Shown: positions 1 through 15,025 of the stretch, piece by piece | Layout: every line of letters begins with the position of its first letter | Numbering within the stretch: position 1 is the stretch's first letter | Assembly: GCA_951406725.2 (NCBI GenBank) | Contig: OX597816.1 | Coordinates: forward strand, 82,832,001-82,896,000 | Source of the DNA: Octopus vulgaris | Taxonomy: Eukaryota | Reading direction: 5' to 3' | DNA: 64,000 bases | Notes under the pieces: generated by a model | The model's input: the letters and a program-made list of their open reading frames with translations, nothing else | The model's database searches: none | What the model was told of the DNA's origin: nothing | Position numbers and translations under genes: made by a program

Positions 1-784
1 CCTTCAAAAACTTGTTACAATTTTGTTATTGAGTTTGTCAAAAGTTTATAGGCTCAGAAGGCCGGAACCGATCCTAATCCCAGTTTCTATTGCTTATAAA
101 CGACCAAGAATACAGAACTCCCTCCTGAACCTGATATATGTCCGTCGCATAGTTAACCCTCAGCTGTAGAACATATTCAACTGACTGAACTGCAACAACG
201 GGAAATAAAGTGCTTTATCTCAACAACACAACAAGCAACTCAGGCCTGGAATTGAAACTTCATCTTTACGATCTCGAGCTCAACACCCTTAACCACTAGA
301 CCACGCGCCTCTATATTTTGTTATGCACAAGTATAGTTGATGGTTTCTGATTTAGTCATAAGGCCATCAATTTTGATAGTAGGGTAGGGGAATAGTCGAT
401 AATATTGACTCCTCTAATCTATTAGTACTTTGTTGAATCGATCTCAAAAGATTAAAGGCAACGGTGAAAGAGTCGGAACAAAAAAAACAAAACAAAAACA
501 AAAAGCATTAAGTATTTTGTCCAATGCTTTAATGATACTACCAGGTTGCGCAAAAATATGATAATTTACAAGTTAAGCACAAATCCAGCAATCTTGAGGT
601 AAGAGAGGTTGTTGATACTATAAAAACTAATACTTGACTACTACCCTCCGCAAAGATGAAAGACAAAAAAAAAAAAAAATCCGATTCCATGGGATTTTAA
701 CTCAGAACGTGAAAAACCGGACACACTAACGTTACTACATGCTTGCCACCTTATATACTAATATAATTAACTAAACAAGGTTAG

Positions 785-997
785 GGGGTGGACTGGCAGA
801 TTCGTTAGTATGCTAGGAAAAATGCTTAGCGGCATTTCGCCCATTTTTGCGTTCTGAGTTCAAATTCTGCTGAGGTCGACTTTGCCTTTCATTCTTTCGG
901 AAACCAATAAAATGGGTACCAATTTAGCACTGGGATCGATCTAATCGACTCTGCTCCTCCACCGAAATTGCTGGCCTTGTGCCAAAATTTTAAACCA
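785..997 (+). mobile_element. SINE family B
   Basis: ctggcagattcgttag...gttctgagttcaaattc...gaggtcgactttgcctttcat...ggccttgtgccaaaattt. Confidence 0.85.
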
Positions 998-1142
998 TTT
1001 AATAAATAAATCAATAGTTTTTCTTTACATATTTTTTCTAATTTTCTAAACTTCAAAAACTTAAAAAAACCAAACTTTCCTTACGAAGTGGACCAGTAGT
1101 TTTTTTGGCTTGATTTGCGATGAAGGTAAAAATACTGTTCAA

Positions 1143-1338
1143 ATTTTGGCACAAGGTCAGCAATTTCGGGGGTGGGGTAAGCCGATTACATCGACCTCAA
1201 TACTCAACTGGTACTTATTTTATCGACCCGAAAGGATGAAATGCTAAGTCAACCTCGGCGAAATTTGAACGCAGAACGTAAAGACGGACGAAATACTGCT
1301 AAACGTTTTGCCCGGCGTGCTTACAATTCTGCCAGCTT
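1143..1338 (-). mobile_element. SINE family B (inverted relative to 785-997)
   Basis: Reverse complement of the same consensus. Confidence 0.85.
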
Positions 1339-4300
1339 GAAAGTAAAAATATTGAAAACTACTAACAATCTAGGGGCTCATTGTCTCGAATAGAGAAATT
1401 TTCGTAGCTCCGACGTATCCCCATATGTCGTTCATTAATGAAGATGAAAAAGCAACATGACACCCTCTTTGTCAGGGTGGTGAAAATGTTTAATGTCCCG
1501 ACCGACTTACAAATACATTACAACATCTGGCGAAACATCTATACCGAGAACAGTAAATCTTTAAATTTGTACATTATTGCTGTTTCAGTTTTAAGGCTTA
1601 AAACATTTTTTGGGCATGGCATTCTAGAGACTGCGACAACAAGAAGTTTAATGTTTGCGTATGGGTGAAATTTCGCTTGTGAACGAGGAGTTTCTCCCTA
1701 CTACTTTACGTGGTTGCTCAACCTGCTAAAAATAACAGAGCCAAAATCTCACTCATTTCATGCTCTACCATTTTGAATAAGAAAAAGACATATGGCATAA
1801 GATAATCTGAAGTATGTTGTTGACATTAAAAGTAAAATGGTCTTACCTGCATAAATCGAAGTAAATACTGTGATTATATATATCACTCCCCAAATTTTCT
1901 GGATCATCCTTGGTCTTTTTTGAAAGAATTAATTCGTGTTATTTTTGTCTTCTTCGTATATGTATATATACTTTTCTTTTGCAAAGGAAATATTTAGTAT
2001 CCTCTGCTGATGTAAAATTTGGTTGATGGTCTTTCTAGACAGTGATTCAATAACGATGTTCTAGAAACTTTACTGACCTCTCTTCTGTAATTGTGGGTGG
2101 TTAATGGCCGTTATGTATAAATAGCTTCTAGTGGTCGGTCGGTTGGGTCAATTGGATGAGAGTTTGAGCAGGAAGCTGTTTTTCAAGTGGTCAGTGGACA
2201 GTTTTAGTAAAGTGCGGAAAGAAGCAACGTTGTTGACTTTTGTTTTCATATTTTATTTATTTTAAACTGTATGTATGTGTGTAAAAGGACACGGATGCCC
2301 AAGTCAACAGGAAAAGTAGCCAACAGGTCGACAGTTCGTATCTTATCAGAAACACTTCACTGACTCTGTGGCCAGGACACTCACTTTTAAATGGCTCAGA
2401 TCCCTCATCTGTGAATAGGTGTCTTGCATCGTGTAATACGCAACTGTAAGAAGCAACAGTATTGGGAAAGTGACGTGTGATTCGTTGGCTCGTAGTGCTA
2501 CAAGTAAAAATTACCTGCAGTTGACTGGCATTCTATCTAACGAGAGAATTTATTTTCATCTCGTAAAATAAAGTCCAGTGGTCTGCATCGAGCTGTGAGG
2601 TATATGTTATATGTTCATCTGTGTCAGTGAGAATATTAGTTTAATGTATCACTATGTGTATGTACTTACATAATTGTGTCTACGTATGTAGAAAGATATA
2701 GTCTGTGTGTGCCTAATAGTAATGCCCTAACTTCTTCAACTTTCCAAGACGTGATGGAGTGAAGGACAATGATAAGTATGTGAGCTTAAGAGTTGATGTT
2801 CAGCTCAAACTCTTGCAGTTGAAAGAAAACAAACACAGAAACAGGTGTTGAGTTCCCTAAGGTGAAACAGTGAAAAGAAAATATTAGTAATCATGTTATA
2901 TCAAGATTAGGCTTGTAACACAACAGCGAAAAGTGAACAAAGAGAGAATATTTGTATTAAGTGAGCTTAGCTGGTGGGAATATGAAACCCTAGCGAGTAT
3001 GGGGAGCAGGTATCATTGTAATATAGTGGTAGAAGTAACAGGAGTGAGACAGACCTTGAGTTTGTTGTCGATGACTAAAGACATTCCTGAAGACGTACTA
3101 TCTCCCAGGAGATAGTACCTAGAATATTCGTTGGGTGATGAGTGTATCGCTCTCGATGTGAGCGCAGTACACAAGCATATGGCATTGTTGTCTTGCAGAG
3201 TTAGTTGCGTGAGCGTCAAAGAATGATCGTTGAGTTTGGTACATGTTTGAGTACCAGTTGAGTCAGTTCCCTTATCCTTTATTAATCTGTAATTCGTAGA
3301 TTTAGACGAATTCCTGGAAACAACTGGGGATAGGCTTTACTGCGCAGACTTACTCTTGACACGCTAGATGAATGCGAAGTCTGAATTCGCTTGACCTTCA
3401 AACCTCACCTAAACACCTTAAAAATGAAAAATTCATTGGATAGTGCAGTCGTAGACAGATTATCTGAAAATATAAGAACTACATCCCACAAGACGGGTTT
3501 CTTTTTAGAAGAGCCATGTAATACTTCATCTCTCAACATCTATTGACTATGAAAACATATAATTGCATAATCTTTAATTGGTCAACAGGTCACTGGGTCA
3601 CCAACGAAGATTTCGTCATCGTTGATGCTTATTTCCAGATCAAACCTGAAATGATAAAAAGAGTTCCAGCCGTGGCCATCTGGTTATTTTGTATATGAAT
3701 GGCTACATTGTTAAGTACGTCTTTTAAGATGCTTGGGTCGAGTTTGGACTAGATCTTGAGACGGACAAGAATTGGAACAAGTTCATGAGAAGTTACATCT
3801 AGAAATGTGCTGAAAGGAATCTAACTCTGAAATGTCGGACAAAAGAGACAAACACATGCATCTCTTCCGTTATTTATTTCTGCCTGGCCATCGTTTCTTA
3901 AACCAATTTTCGTTTTGACCAGATTGGTGCATCTGCTTTTAAATTTCTTGTGGAGAGAGGTATTCCAACTATTTCACCGCTCAGAAGGTATCTCTTTTGC
4001 TGACAACATCTGCGCAGGGAACCCGGTATGTTGTGGTTCATGATGAGAAAGTATGTACTGATGATACAGAATATACAGAAATTCCTGGCCGGCGAGGAGG
4101 TGAAGTCACCGTTTGGGAGGCATATTTTCTTGCAGTGCTTCAGTTTGGTATTGTTATATTTGCGATACGTCGACTGTGCAATGTGAGTTGCGTTACTTAG
4201 TTGATTGGCGTTTGTGTGTTTTATGCGTGGCATAATTGGTGTTATGTATTTTAGAGTTAGTGTTATGTCAAGTATGTGATGTGTGGGTTATGTTACAACA

Positions 4301-4674
4301 AGTTTGTAGGATGTGATTTTAGGTGTTTTTAGTATCGAGTGTCGACTATGTTATAGTATGCAATATGCTATCTTATGAGGTGCTGATTGTGTCGAAAATG
4401 TGTTGTGTGAATTGTGTTTTTTTTTATTAAATAGTTTTTAAATAGGATAAGTGTTATGTGCAGAGACTGTATTCTTTGAGACGTGCTCTAGAATTGAAGG
4501 TGTCTTTAGTGCCGTCTAAAGGCATGGGCACATTGGGAGGTTGTCGAGGGAACTCATGGTCCTAGAGGCCCAATTCTGATCTTTGCATGTTGTGGATTGC
4601 TGTCAATAAATAAATACAATGGAGCTCAGTGCACAGATTAGCTCAGGGGCTAATCACTTTAGCCAAAGTCTAAT

Positions 4675-5270
4675 CAAATTAGTCTAAGGATCTTGAAACT
4701 GAAATAAGCAAGATGTTGGATATGAAAGTAAAAACTAATAAGTGAAGCGTTATATATAAAAAAAATATGAATAGGAACATGTAAAACGCAATAGGGTTCC
4801 CAATAGTATACTGCCCCCAAAATAGCTCTACTAGGCACAGCCCACATTGTAAGCAAGGTACCCAGGGTCATCTTAACAGTATATAATACTGTTGGGAGCC
4901 CTTGTATGTTTTGCATGTTTCTTTTCATATTTTTAATATATCTAATGCTCCACTTATTAGTTTTTACTTTCATACCCAACATCTTGCTTATTTCACTTTC
5001 AAGATCTTTGCAGTTGTTTAATCTCTCGACCTGGCAATGTTTTCTTCATAAGAGATCGAAATGTCTATCAGCGTATAAAACTTTTGTTCAGTCCTTGATA
5101 ATTATATCTGTTGTTTGCCTTGATCTCCTTGTCGTTCTTTCCAGGCATGTTCAAGATAACTTTATCAAAGTAGCTGGAATGTACCATTTTTGGACAATAT
5201 TTAAGCTGCTTCTCCATTTTAATGCCGAAGTGTCAGTATATTATCTAGTGGACATAGATGCTGACTAAAT
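4675..5270. mobile_element. Two tail-to-tail 3' fragments of another RLE-type LINE forming an inverted repeat
   Basis: The + copy encodes KDLETEISKML...KIALLGTAHIVSKV; the - copy (4870-5270) has the same region. Arms 4689-4812 and 4886-5007 are reverse complements. Confidence 0.7.
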
Positions 5271-5429
5271 CATATCTATGAATGTACTCAGATTTGATAG
5301 CTGGAATATGATCAATTTATTATCATTTATTCTTTTTATCGCAGGGTTTGTTGTAACTCCTTGAGTTTTGCATGCGTAGTGGGCTTGCTACCTGCCGCCT
5401 ACGGTATCATGCTATCCATTCTTTTCAGC

Positions 5430-8400
5430 TACCTAATACTTTCCTGATTATTCTGTCCGTGCCAAGGAGGAAACCTTTTGTAACAGTTCTATTGGGCACT
5501 CTATTCTGATTTCCTTTATATTCCTCTTGATGCCTTCTGATACTGTCCTCAAGGACCCAACAATAATTGACACTATCTTCACCTTCTTCGTTTTTCGCAG
5601 CCAGGCTATTTCGTACTTAACAGGATTTTATATCTATTTGTTTTGCCCTCCTTCTTCACTATTCGTGGCTCAAAGAGGCACGCAACATCAACTATATAGT
5701 ACATATGGTGCACATTGTCCACCACCACTAGGTCCGGTTTGTTATGCTCTGATCTGTATGGATTGGGAAATCTCAGAGGATTTTCCTAGTCTTCAACTCC
5801 ACCATTTCCTGCGGCTTGCCTCTTTCTAGACCCCACTTTTCGCATAGTTTCTAATGTAGTACTTTCGCTACCTTATCGTGTCGCCACAACTTGTAATGGT
5901 TTTGGGCAAGTCTAGTGCATTCGTTCACGTTATGGGTAATGATTTCATCCACTCTATTACAGATGTGGTACAGTAGAGACACTTGTTAATTCCCTAAGGT
6001 CAACCTTCCAGTTTGTGACCAAAGCTGGTCTTGCGCTGTCAGTATAGTGCTCTCAGACTCTTTTTTTCAGTGCTCCTATCTTCAGCCAGCCCCGCCTATG
6101 TTTTCCAGCAACTTCTGTTGTGGCTACATGGAATTGATTGAGTAATCCCTTGTTGCGTTATGCTTCTTCATCTCCTTTTTGTACTCGATTTGTTTTTCCC
6201 TTTTTCTCTGCTTTCAATATCCCTTCATTCCTAACTGACACTATCAACGTTTCCTTACTTTGGGATAGGTATTTCAGTAAGCTCCCGAGTTCGATACGTA
6301 CGCAGTCTTCCACACTTACCAGTCCGTTTCCTCCATTTGCTCTCTTCATGTATAGGCGATCACCATCTGTGTGTTAAGAACTCTTTTGTCTTCCTGTCCA
6401 ACTCCTTTAGCTTCTCCTCTGTCCACTTCAGAATTTCAGGACTATACCTACTGCGATCGAGTTTATTGCCGAACACAGGTTTCTGTCATTCAGCTTTGAA
6501 ACCAATATTTTCTTCATTCGCCGCAAGTACTCTTCCTTTAGCTTTTCTTTCATATCGTTGTGTTTAAATCCATCTGCCTCAAGTATTCCCCGGGATTTAT
6601 ATCCGGATTCCGGTTCAATTCCCGTCATAATTTCACCACTTGGCATACATATGCCTCCTGTCTTGACAAGCTTTCCTCGTCTCATCACCATCGTAGCACA
6701 TTTTGAGAAAATCCGATTTTCAAGAAAATCCGCACAGACTGGACTAGGCTATCCAGTTCTGCCTCACTTTTTGAGAACAACTTCATGTCATCCATGAATA
6801 GCTGGTGGTTCAGTTTTCTCTTACCGCTTCCTTGATTATATCCCTATTTGTCTTCTGTAGTATTTCACTCAAGGGGATCATTTCCAACACAAAGATCAGT
6901 GGGGATTCACTGTCCCTCTGGAAGATACCTCTCATGATCTTCAACTCTCCTAATACCTGATTCCCTGCTGTCAATTCAGTTCTCCAACATTTCATACTGT
7001 TCTATATAAGGTTTCTCATATTTTCTTCTACTTCATACATTTCAATTGTTCTTGTTATCCAAGAGTGTGTTATCATATCGTATGCTTTACGACAGCCAAT
7101 CTACGCCATGCCTAGATTTGTTTGTCTTCTCGTGTAGTTTCTGATAAATATCTTATCAATTAACAGCTGATCTTTCGTTATCCGGCTCCTCTTTTCGGCA
7201 CCCTTTCTGTTCAATTGGTAGCAGCCCACTTTTTTCTAAGTATCTATACAGTTCACCGGCCAAAGCACAAGACAATTGTTTCCACATTAGCGGAAGACAC
7301 GTCATTGGTCGAAAGTTGGATACCATATTACCCTTTTCAGGATCCTTGACACATAATAATGTCTTTACCATTGTGATCCAGCCGGGTGCTTCAAGCACTA
7401 ACTTAGCTGTTGAACTCTCCTTTCATGGAGCCCTCTCAGCTTTTTAATTCAATAACCTTGGACCCCATTCGGTCCTGAGCTCTTCCAATTCGGGATTTTC
7501 CTTAACTGCTTTTTAGAATCATTTCTGTAGTTATTTTTATATTGTCTTGGCCTTCAACATTTCTTAATCTATCTTGGATTTTATGCAGCCACACTGCTTC
7601 ATCATTATTCTTACAGGTTGGTCCCAGATTCCTCCCCAGAATGCCATACTTTCGTCTGTACCTGGTATCAATGTTATGATTGCCCATCTAGTTCTTGAAA
7701 CAGTTCCTTCTGATTGGCTTCAAACAATCTGTTCTACCTGAACTGTTTTGTTCTACTGTCAGGTCTTTGCAGTTTTGCCTTGATTGCTACTTCTCTTTGT
7801 TTCATTTCTTCCAATATCACATCATGCCTTTTAACTGTTATTATATATGTTCTTTCCAGCTTTATTTGTATGCTTTCGTTCTGTAATTCCCCTCTTTTCA
7901 ATTTATCAACTTGTTCTAAATGTCTTTTTAACTTTGTTTCTCACAAATTCGTCTACGCCAGTATGGTTCTTTGCATTCTGTTTGTTCTCTTCTATTTAAT
8001 CCAACACTAACAGTAGCAACCATAGTTGCAATCCAAATAATCTTGTTGGCTTCACTTATATTTCTCGTCTGGAATAGTCTAAGGATATAATCTATCCTTT
8101 CAATTTCAGCTCTTAGCTTGTGCCGATCAATATACCTCAGATCTGGAGATGTTTGATCTTGGTTGTCTCTGATATATCGGCACATCAACCTCGTTATGTC
8201 TTGTTGATCATTATCGTATTCTTGTGATACAACCTTTTTCATTACCTCTGCTTCATTTGCTGTCTGTGCATTTACATTTACACTTTGCCCTACGTCTTCA
8301 TTGCCACCATTCAATTCTTTGTCCTCACTAGGTTCGTTATCTGCTGGTGAAGTATTATCACTGTTCTCTATTTTCCTTTTTATTTCTTCAATTTCCATGT

Positions 8401-8700
8401 CATTTAACCACTCATTTGTCCTTATTGCTCTTGACAGGTCGGCTAACCGTTGCTCACTTATCTCGAAGAGTCCTATTCCCTCCCATTTTGCTTTCATGTG
8501 TTGTCGGAATCTCTTATACTGGCTTCGCTTCTGATCCAGTATTCAATTACAATTCGGTTAGCCTTCTTATCCCACCTTCTTTTCTGCCTCTAATTTTGTG
8601 TGTAAGCAGTCTCAGGTTGACGACTGGGCTGCGCTGCTTAACCACAGGACATCTGCTGGGCGAAAGGCATTGGTTCCAACCTCATTTACCCCATTATTCG
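5430..8700 (-). mobile_element. Degenerate RLE-type non-LTR retrotransposon (R4/Dong-like), near full length, many stops and frameshifts
   Basis: N-terminal ISEQRLADLSRAIRTNEWL; RT pieces NFRPMTCLPLMWK, EQKGCR, RGIFQRDSESPLIF, LFMDDMKLF (~6780-6805); GGNGLVSVED; WRHDKVA near 5880. Ends approximate. Confidence 0.8.
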
Positions 8701-9110
8701 ATACACTTGCATTAGACATTTTCACTCTATATTGAGGTTTGCGTTTTAAGGTTAGCCACCAACCGCTATTTTTATCGAGACACCATCTCTAGTAAGATTG
8801 TCAACCAAGACTGCAGAGCTGTTACTACCCATAAATTGGAACTCTTCCCATTTGCATTTCTTAGTGTTGGGGGACAAGGCACCTGATTCTCACTTGGAGA
8901 TAAGTCAGTTGGTCCCGTATCCTTACACGGACATTACTTGGGAGCTAGCTCTCGAGTCGTGGTTCATTATTATTAAGCACCTGCCCCAAAAGTCAGGGTA
9001 CCCATGGTATTTTTATGCTTTTTTTTCCATGAGCAGCCCTCGAACGTCTCCTCCCTATTGAGGATCACACATTGTTGATTTTTAAAAATTTTGTTGGTCC
9101 TGTTTACAAG

Positions 9111-9180
<70 letters not shown>

Positions 9181-9334
9181 GTGGCTGTGTGGTAAGTAGC
9201 TTGCTGACCAACCACATGGTTCCGGGTTCAGTCCCACTGCGTGGCATCTTGGGCAAGTGTCTTCTGCTATAGCCCCGGGCCGACCAATGCCTTGTGAGTG
9301 GATTTGGTAGACGGAAACTGAAAGAAGCCTGTCG

Positions 9335-9415
<81 letters not shown>

Positions 9416-9608
9416 CTGTGTTTGTTCCCTTAGCATCGTTTGACAACTGATGCTGGTGTGTTTACGTCCCCGTCACTTAGCGGTTTGGCAATAGAATAAG
9501 TACTGGGCTTACAAAGAATAAGTCCCGGGGTCGATTTGCTCGACTAAAAAGGCGGTGCTCCAGCATGGCCGCAGTCAAATGACTGAAACAAGTAAAAGAG
9601 TAAAAGAG

Positions 9609-9610
<2 letters not shown>
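9181..9610 (+). mobile_element. tRNA-derived SINE, family A
   Basis: A box tggctgtgtgg and B box ggttcagtccc; body tgagtggatttggtagacggaaactg; internal (TA)n; tail ggcggtgctccagcatggccgcagtcaaatgactgaaacaagtaaaagag; flanked by (TAA)n on both sides. Confidence 0.9.
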
Positions 9611-9646
<36 letters not shown>

Positions 9647-10016
9647 CAACAACAACAACAACAATAATAACAATTATTATTATTAGTGGTAGTAGTGGTA
9701 GTAGAAGTAGTTGTAGTTGTAGTAGAAAAGATAATTATCATTGTAATTATTTTTATTATTTATTCGCCAAGTTGTTTGGTCTCAATGAAATTCCTGTTGA
9801 AAAGTAAAACTACTTGCGGTTGACAATTAAATCTATAAATGACTTGACGAAGTACACTAGAGAAAGAAAAAGGTAGTATTCGAAAAAAAAAAAAAATCAA
9901 AAAATTAAAATTAGAACTGAAACATAAAAAAAACTCTTCCATTCAATTATGTCTTAAAAGGCTTCTCGTTACAGCATCCTTCCTTTCTGAAGTACTTGTT
10001 TATGATGTTCTGTATG

Positions 10017-10094
<78 letters not shown>

Positions 10095-10255
10095 GGGTGG
10101 AAACTTCTCTCAACCTTATTTTCTCCCAATATCATATATATAGACACAAAAACCACACTACTTATAACCGCGGCAGTACAAAGTGTGACATTGTCACCCT
10201 AATATTACATCGTAATACTACGTTATAAAACATTATAATGTATTACATTTATGTT

Positions 10256-11003
10256 ACATACATGCATACATACATACATACATACATACATACATACATA
10301 CATACATACATACATGCATACATACATACATACATGTATACATGCACATATTTATGCACACATATATACATGTATGCATAATGCACACATAAATACAAGT
10401 ATCCATCCATCCATAAATATTCACATACATGTAAGCCTACACGCATACTCACCAAATACATACATAGATGCATACATGCATGCATACATACATGCATACA
10501 TACACACATACATACACACACACATACATATATACACACATACATACATACATACATGCATGCATACATACATACATACATGCATGCATACATACATACA
10601 TACATACATACATACATGCATGCATGCATACACACTCACATACATACATACATGCATACATACATACATACATACATACATACATACATACATACATACA
10701 TACATACATACACACACATACATACATACGTACATACATACATACATACATACATACATACATACATGCATGCATACATACATACATACACACACATACA
10801 TACACACACATACATACATGCATACATACATACATACATACACACATACATACACACATACATACATACACACATACATACACACGTACATACATACATA
10901 CATACATACATACATACATACATACATACATACATACATACATACATACATGCATACATACATACATACATACATACATACATACATACATACATACATG
11001 CAT
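10256..11003. repeat. Compound (TACA)n/(CA)n microsatellite; one of many similar tracts (e.g. 10020, 12207, 18800, 23070, 47905, 55900, 56240, 58530, 61520, 62440)
   Basis: Directly visible simple repeats; these generate most of the spurious ORFs in the track. Confidence 0.95.
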
Positions 11004-12228
11004 AATCCCTGATTCATTGTTGACCCTTTACAGAGCTCAAGCAAGAAGAACTCCACGATGGAATCTAGTCCTTGTTGTCACACACGCAAAAGTTCAAGAC
11101 AGCATCCAAAAGAATTGATAGGCAAAACCTCAGCTACTAGCCAACGAACGTTCGGTCTCTTCTCTCCGACTCTTCATTGCTACTGCTCCAGATTATCTCT
11201 TGTTTCTTTTAACTTTACCGCATCTTTGTTAAGCTCCTTTCTCTCACTTTACATTTTCGTAGAGAATTAATCTGTATACACTTCAGTAGGAGCTTTTGTG
11301 ATTTTCATTTACTCTCCCTTGTCCTCCCGGTTGATTTCGACAGAATTTTCTATTAAATACCTTCTTTGGACTACTCTCTTCTGATGATATAATTTTTCAC
11401 TTCCCCTGTTCTTGTCTGCGACATGTAGTTAACAACATACTTTGGCTTTCTTTTATCTGTTTTACAAATTCATGAAAGTGTTTCTTTCTGGTAGCGAGGA
11501 TAGAGCTTTTTAACCTCCTTACTTATCTTCAAGATACGTTTTTCTTTGTCAAAGTGACGTTTCTCTAGTGTCTGTCTTTGGAAATATCTCCTCCCTATTT
11601 CGTTAATTTGTATGTTCAAATAATGCCCGTCTTCCAACAGTAGTTTTGGGAATGCATCAATCTAGAAACATATCATTAAGAATATCTTTTAGATTCTTCG
11701 TTCTCACGACACATATCTATCATCCATATTTATTACCGTTGTTGACTTTAGGATCGCACGTAGTATTACAACTACTATGACCATGTATGTGTGTTCTATT
11801 TACTGGAATGTGTTGTTCGTGTGTTATTTTTTCTTCTGTTTAAAATTTTGAGAATAACTTACTAATCAACACCTGTCTTGCGTTCTACAAATGTTGATTG
11901 TTAAGCAGTTGTTTCTCAGTTTAATCCAGATATAATCTACTTTAGGATGAAATAATTCACTTTAGGATGAAATCTGTTCCAGTATGTTTTAATGTTTTCT
12001 TTTCATATACTTAACAGATGTTTTCTTTTTATTGTTGTATAGCAATTATATAAGTCCCTACTGAGTTTATAACTCTGTAAGCGTGACGTAAATTGAAAAA
12101 CACACAACACTAAAATTCCAAAGAAAATGCTTTTTAATTTCGATTCCTTCATAACTAAATTGTCTTTCTTGGTTTCGTCCCCGATGTTATTGAGCTTATA
12201 GTATCCGTGTGTGTGTGTGTGTGTGTGT

Positions 12229-12328
<100 letters not shown>

Positions 12329-12399
12329 TGTGTAGATATATTTCGTGTCTGTAGTTACTTCCGTTTGATTATTTCACTACCTTCCAGGAATTTTAGTCA

Positions 12400-13330
12400 C
12401 AGTGATCTTAAGAAAACTATCGTTGATCTGTTGAAGTATAAATGAAGACAGCAGCTAGTCCCGTGATGTCGGTCGTCTGTAGCGGTTTGTCTCTTAACCC
12501 TGAAGAGAGATAGGGGTAATTTCATACCGTATCCACAAGTCGAGATAGTCTCTGTTTTTGTGTTCATTATTGGTGTCAGGTGGTTTCTCAATCAAATACA
12601 GTGGCACCCTCGTTTTGAACTATTTCTGAATGATAGTGTGACTCTATCCAAGATAGATAATATAATATCGATACCCACTTGATTTTCCTGTTGCTTTTGT
12701 GTTACGAAGGCCATGTCATATTTTTTGTGATGGTATTTGAAAGAGCTTCTGTTTTGGTATAATCAACTTTATAATGAGATTTTCTTTAAACCGATGTCAT
12801 ACTGTATAACCTTTTTCCTTCAGTGGAAATAGCCTGATGGACGACTCAGTCACGATTTCGTGTTTCAACAGTTATGGCTTCTTGAGTCTGTTCCCTTTGT
12901 GTTAGATATTGTGATTGAATATCGAAATCAACTTTTGTTGTAAAAATATTTGGCTTTATAATATTCCTTTTCAATAATTTATGAAGTATACTGCATTAAT
13001 AGACTTGCCTGTTGCGACACGCAACAGACAATTTATAACATTCTTGCGAATGGTGGATCGAACCAGATCGTAGTTCTCTTCCTTCGTTATTTGTAGTGAA
13101 AGAGTTATGTTCTTGAATTGATTATGTGCGTGTACCTAGTTGTACTTGTACCTAGTTGTCAGTCCCGTGAAAGTTGTTTCGTCGTAGAAGAGACTGCTTG
13201 TACGTTTTCTTATAGTAATGGTTATAATCTGAATGTATAATTAATGGTTGTTGTTTTTTTAGTTTTTATTTATGGTTAATAGGAACCAGAAATTAACTTC
13301 ATCGTTCTACTTTGAAAGTTAATTGATACA
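12400..13330 (-). mobile_element. Possible highly decayed Penelope-like element
   Basis: FYDETTFTGL (~13160-13192) resembles the PLE RT motif Y.KPTFTG; otherwise very degenerate. Confidence 0.25.
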
Positions 13331-13439
13331 AGAACAATTTCTATTGTTGTTTCCTGTGTAACTTTTTGAAGATAGTTAAGAGGTTTTTCATGGGCATGTT
13401 GGCTCTGCATTCGCTCCGGCTTCAGGAAATATTTAGCTT

Positions 13440-15017
13440 ATTGTCAATATACAGTTGCCATACCTTCAATGCTTCCCCAGTAGTGACCATGCCTAAAAGA
13501 ATGGTTGGCAGGGATGTGTTCTACTTTTGAAGAGTTGATATTACTCCTATTCAAAGTGGTATTCGGTTGGTCTTTAAGCCGCTTCTTTGGAGTTCCAGAC
13601 AAGCATTGACTAAGATGCAGCTGAGAAAAGAATATCCCATGGGAGAGACAAGAGTCAGATACACCCACTATATGAGTCATCTGTGTCTGAACTATCTTAG
13701 TTGATGCATGTATAGTATGAATCCAATGTTTATGGTGTTAGTTCGTAGGAAAATGTCTGTGTGGATAACCATATTTCGCTAGAGGAGTGGAAAGTTATTC
13801 TGGAGACACTGGATATTAAAGGCTTCCAATTTCTTAGTGTCGGGTTTATATTGCCCATGGAGGTTAATATTTAGACAGGGTCTCCTTATAAGCTTTCCAA
13901 AGGATGCAGAAGACTGTCAGAGGTTTATCTGAGGCTGTTTTGAATTTTCATGTCCAGCATACAGATGATGGAAATGATGGTGCAAAATGTAAATAATTGC
14001 TGCTGTTAGACTGCGAAAGTGGAGTGGGGGGTGGGGGTGGGGGTGGGGGTGGAAGAAACTGTGCAGTGAGCTATTAACATATGGCATCAGTGTTCTGGTT
14101 GTTAACTGTCAGAGCTATTCCCTTATAAGTTGAAATACCTATTAAAGTGATGGCCTGCAGGTTTTCGGACTGTGATCGGCTATACCACGGTCAGCAGCAT
14201 ACTATAACTCAACAATCTGTTCAAATATCAGTTTGATGGTAGCCTACAACCTTCTGATATTGAAACAGTTCCTGTTAGATTTGATTTTAAGAGTTACTCA
14301 TACTTTTTGTTTTCTATCCCTGCGTGATCATACAAATGAAACATGTGAGCCAGCATAGAATCTTGCCTGATTTTCGTTTTCACATTGAAAGTCTCAGATT
14401 TTGCCATCCATCAACAACTTGGGACATCATCCATTCAGAAGTTGGTTGAGGTGATTCACAATATGCCAGAAAACCAAATTACCTAAGCACAAATTCATAG
14501 TTCACTGTGTCAAAAGCCTTTGATAGATCCACAAGTGCTATGAACAAGACCTGATGTTGCACCTTATAAAGATTATGTCTTAATGGATGTAATGTTTTCT
14601 AATATTGATTAAATTTATCTTTTGAGCGTGATCTGATGGAAAAAACAGAACAATTTTGTCACCCTTGTTTTTGTAGATGTTGAGAATGTTGACTTCCTTC
14701 TAGCATGACTCTACATCACTGTGATGTAGAGATAAAGTTAATGTGCTGGGGTAATCAATTTCCTTCAAATTCTCGGCAGTAATATTATCTGGTACAGAAG
14801 ATATTCTTTTTCTTCTCAACATTTTGACAACAGCACTAACCTCGACAAAGTCCAGTGATTTATGAAGATAATGGATAATAAGAATTTCACAAATTCCCGT
14901 AGGGTTGCTAAATCCTCTGATTTTGGCTGTTTTAGGATTAAGTTCAAGCGTTCAACACAGGACACTACAGTTGGTGACTAATATTTCAGTAGAAATGTGG
15001 ACTCCGATATCTTGATT
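13440..15017 (-). mobile_element. Decayed RTE (BovB-like) LINE, 3' part
   Basis: MTHIVGVSDSCLSHGIFFSQL...GTPKKRLKDQ resembles the RTE C-terminal W.GHV.RM...LPK.I...G..KKR.KD; FIALVDLSKAFDTVN at ~14505-14550. Confidence 0.7.
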
Positions 15018-15025
15018 GTTTACAC

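Noticed and set aside
8880-8965. Possible HDV-like ribozyme at the 5' end of the R4/Dong-like element
   Set aside because: A P4-like hairpin followed by CCAA is present, but P1/P2/P3 pairings could not be built.
9996-11118. Long ORFs rich in HTYI/MYVC/CVCV (also near 18.8, 23, 48, 56 and 62 kb)
   Set aside because: Translations of microsatellites that lack stop codons; not genes.
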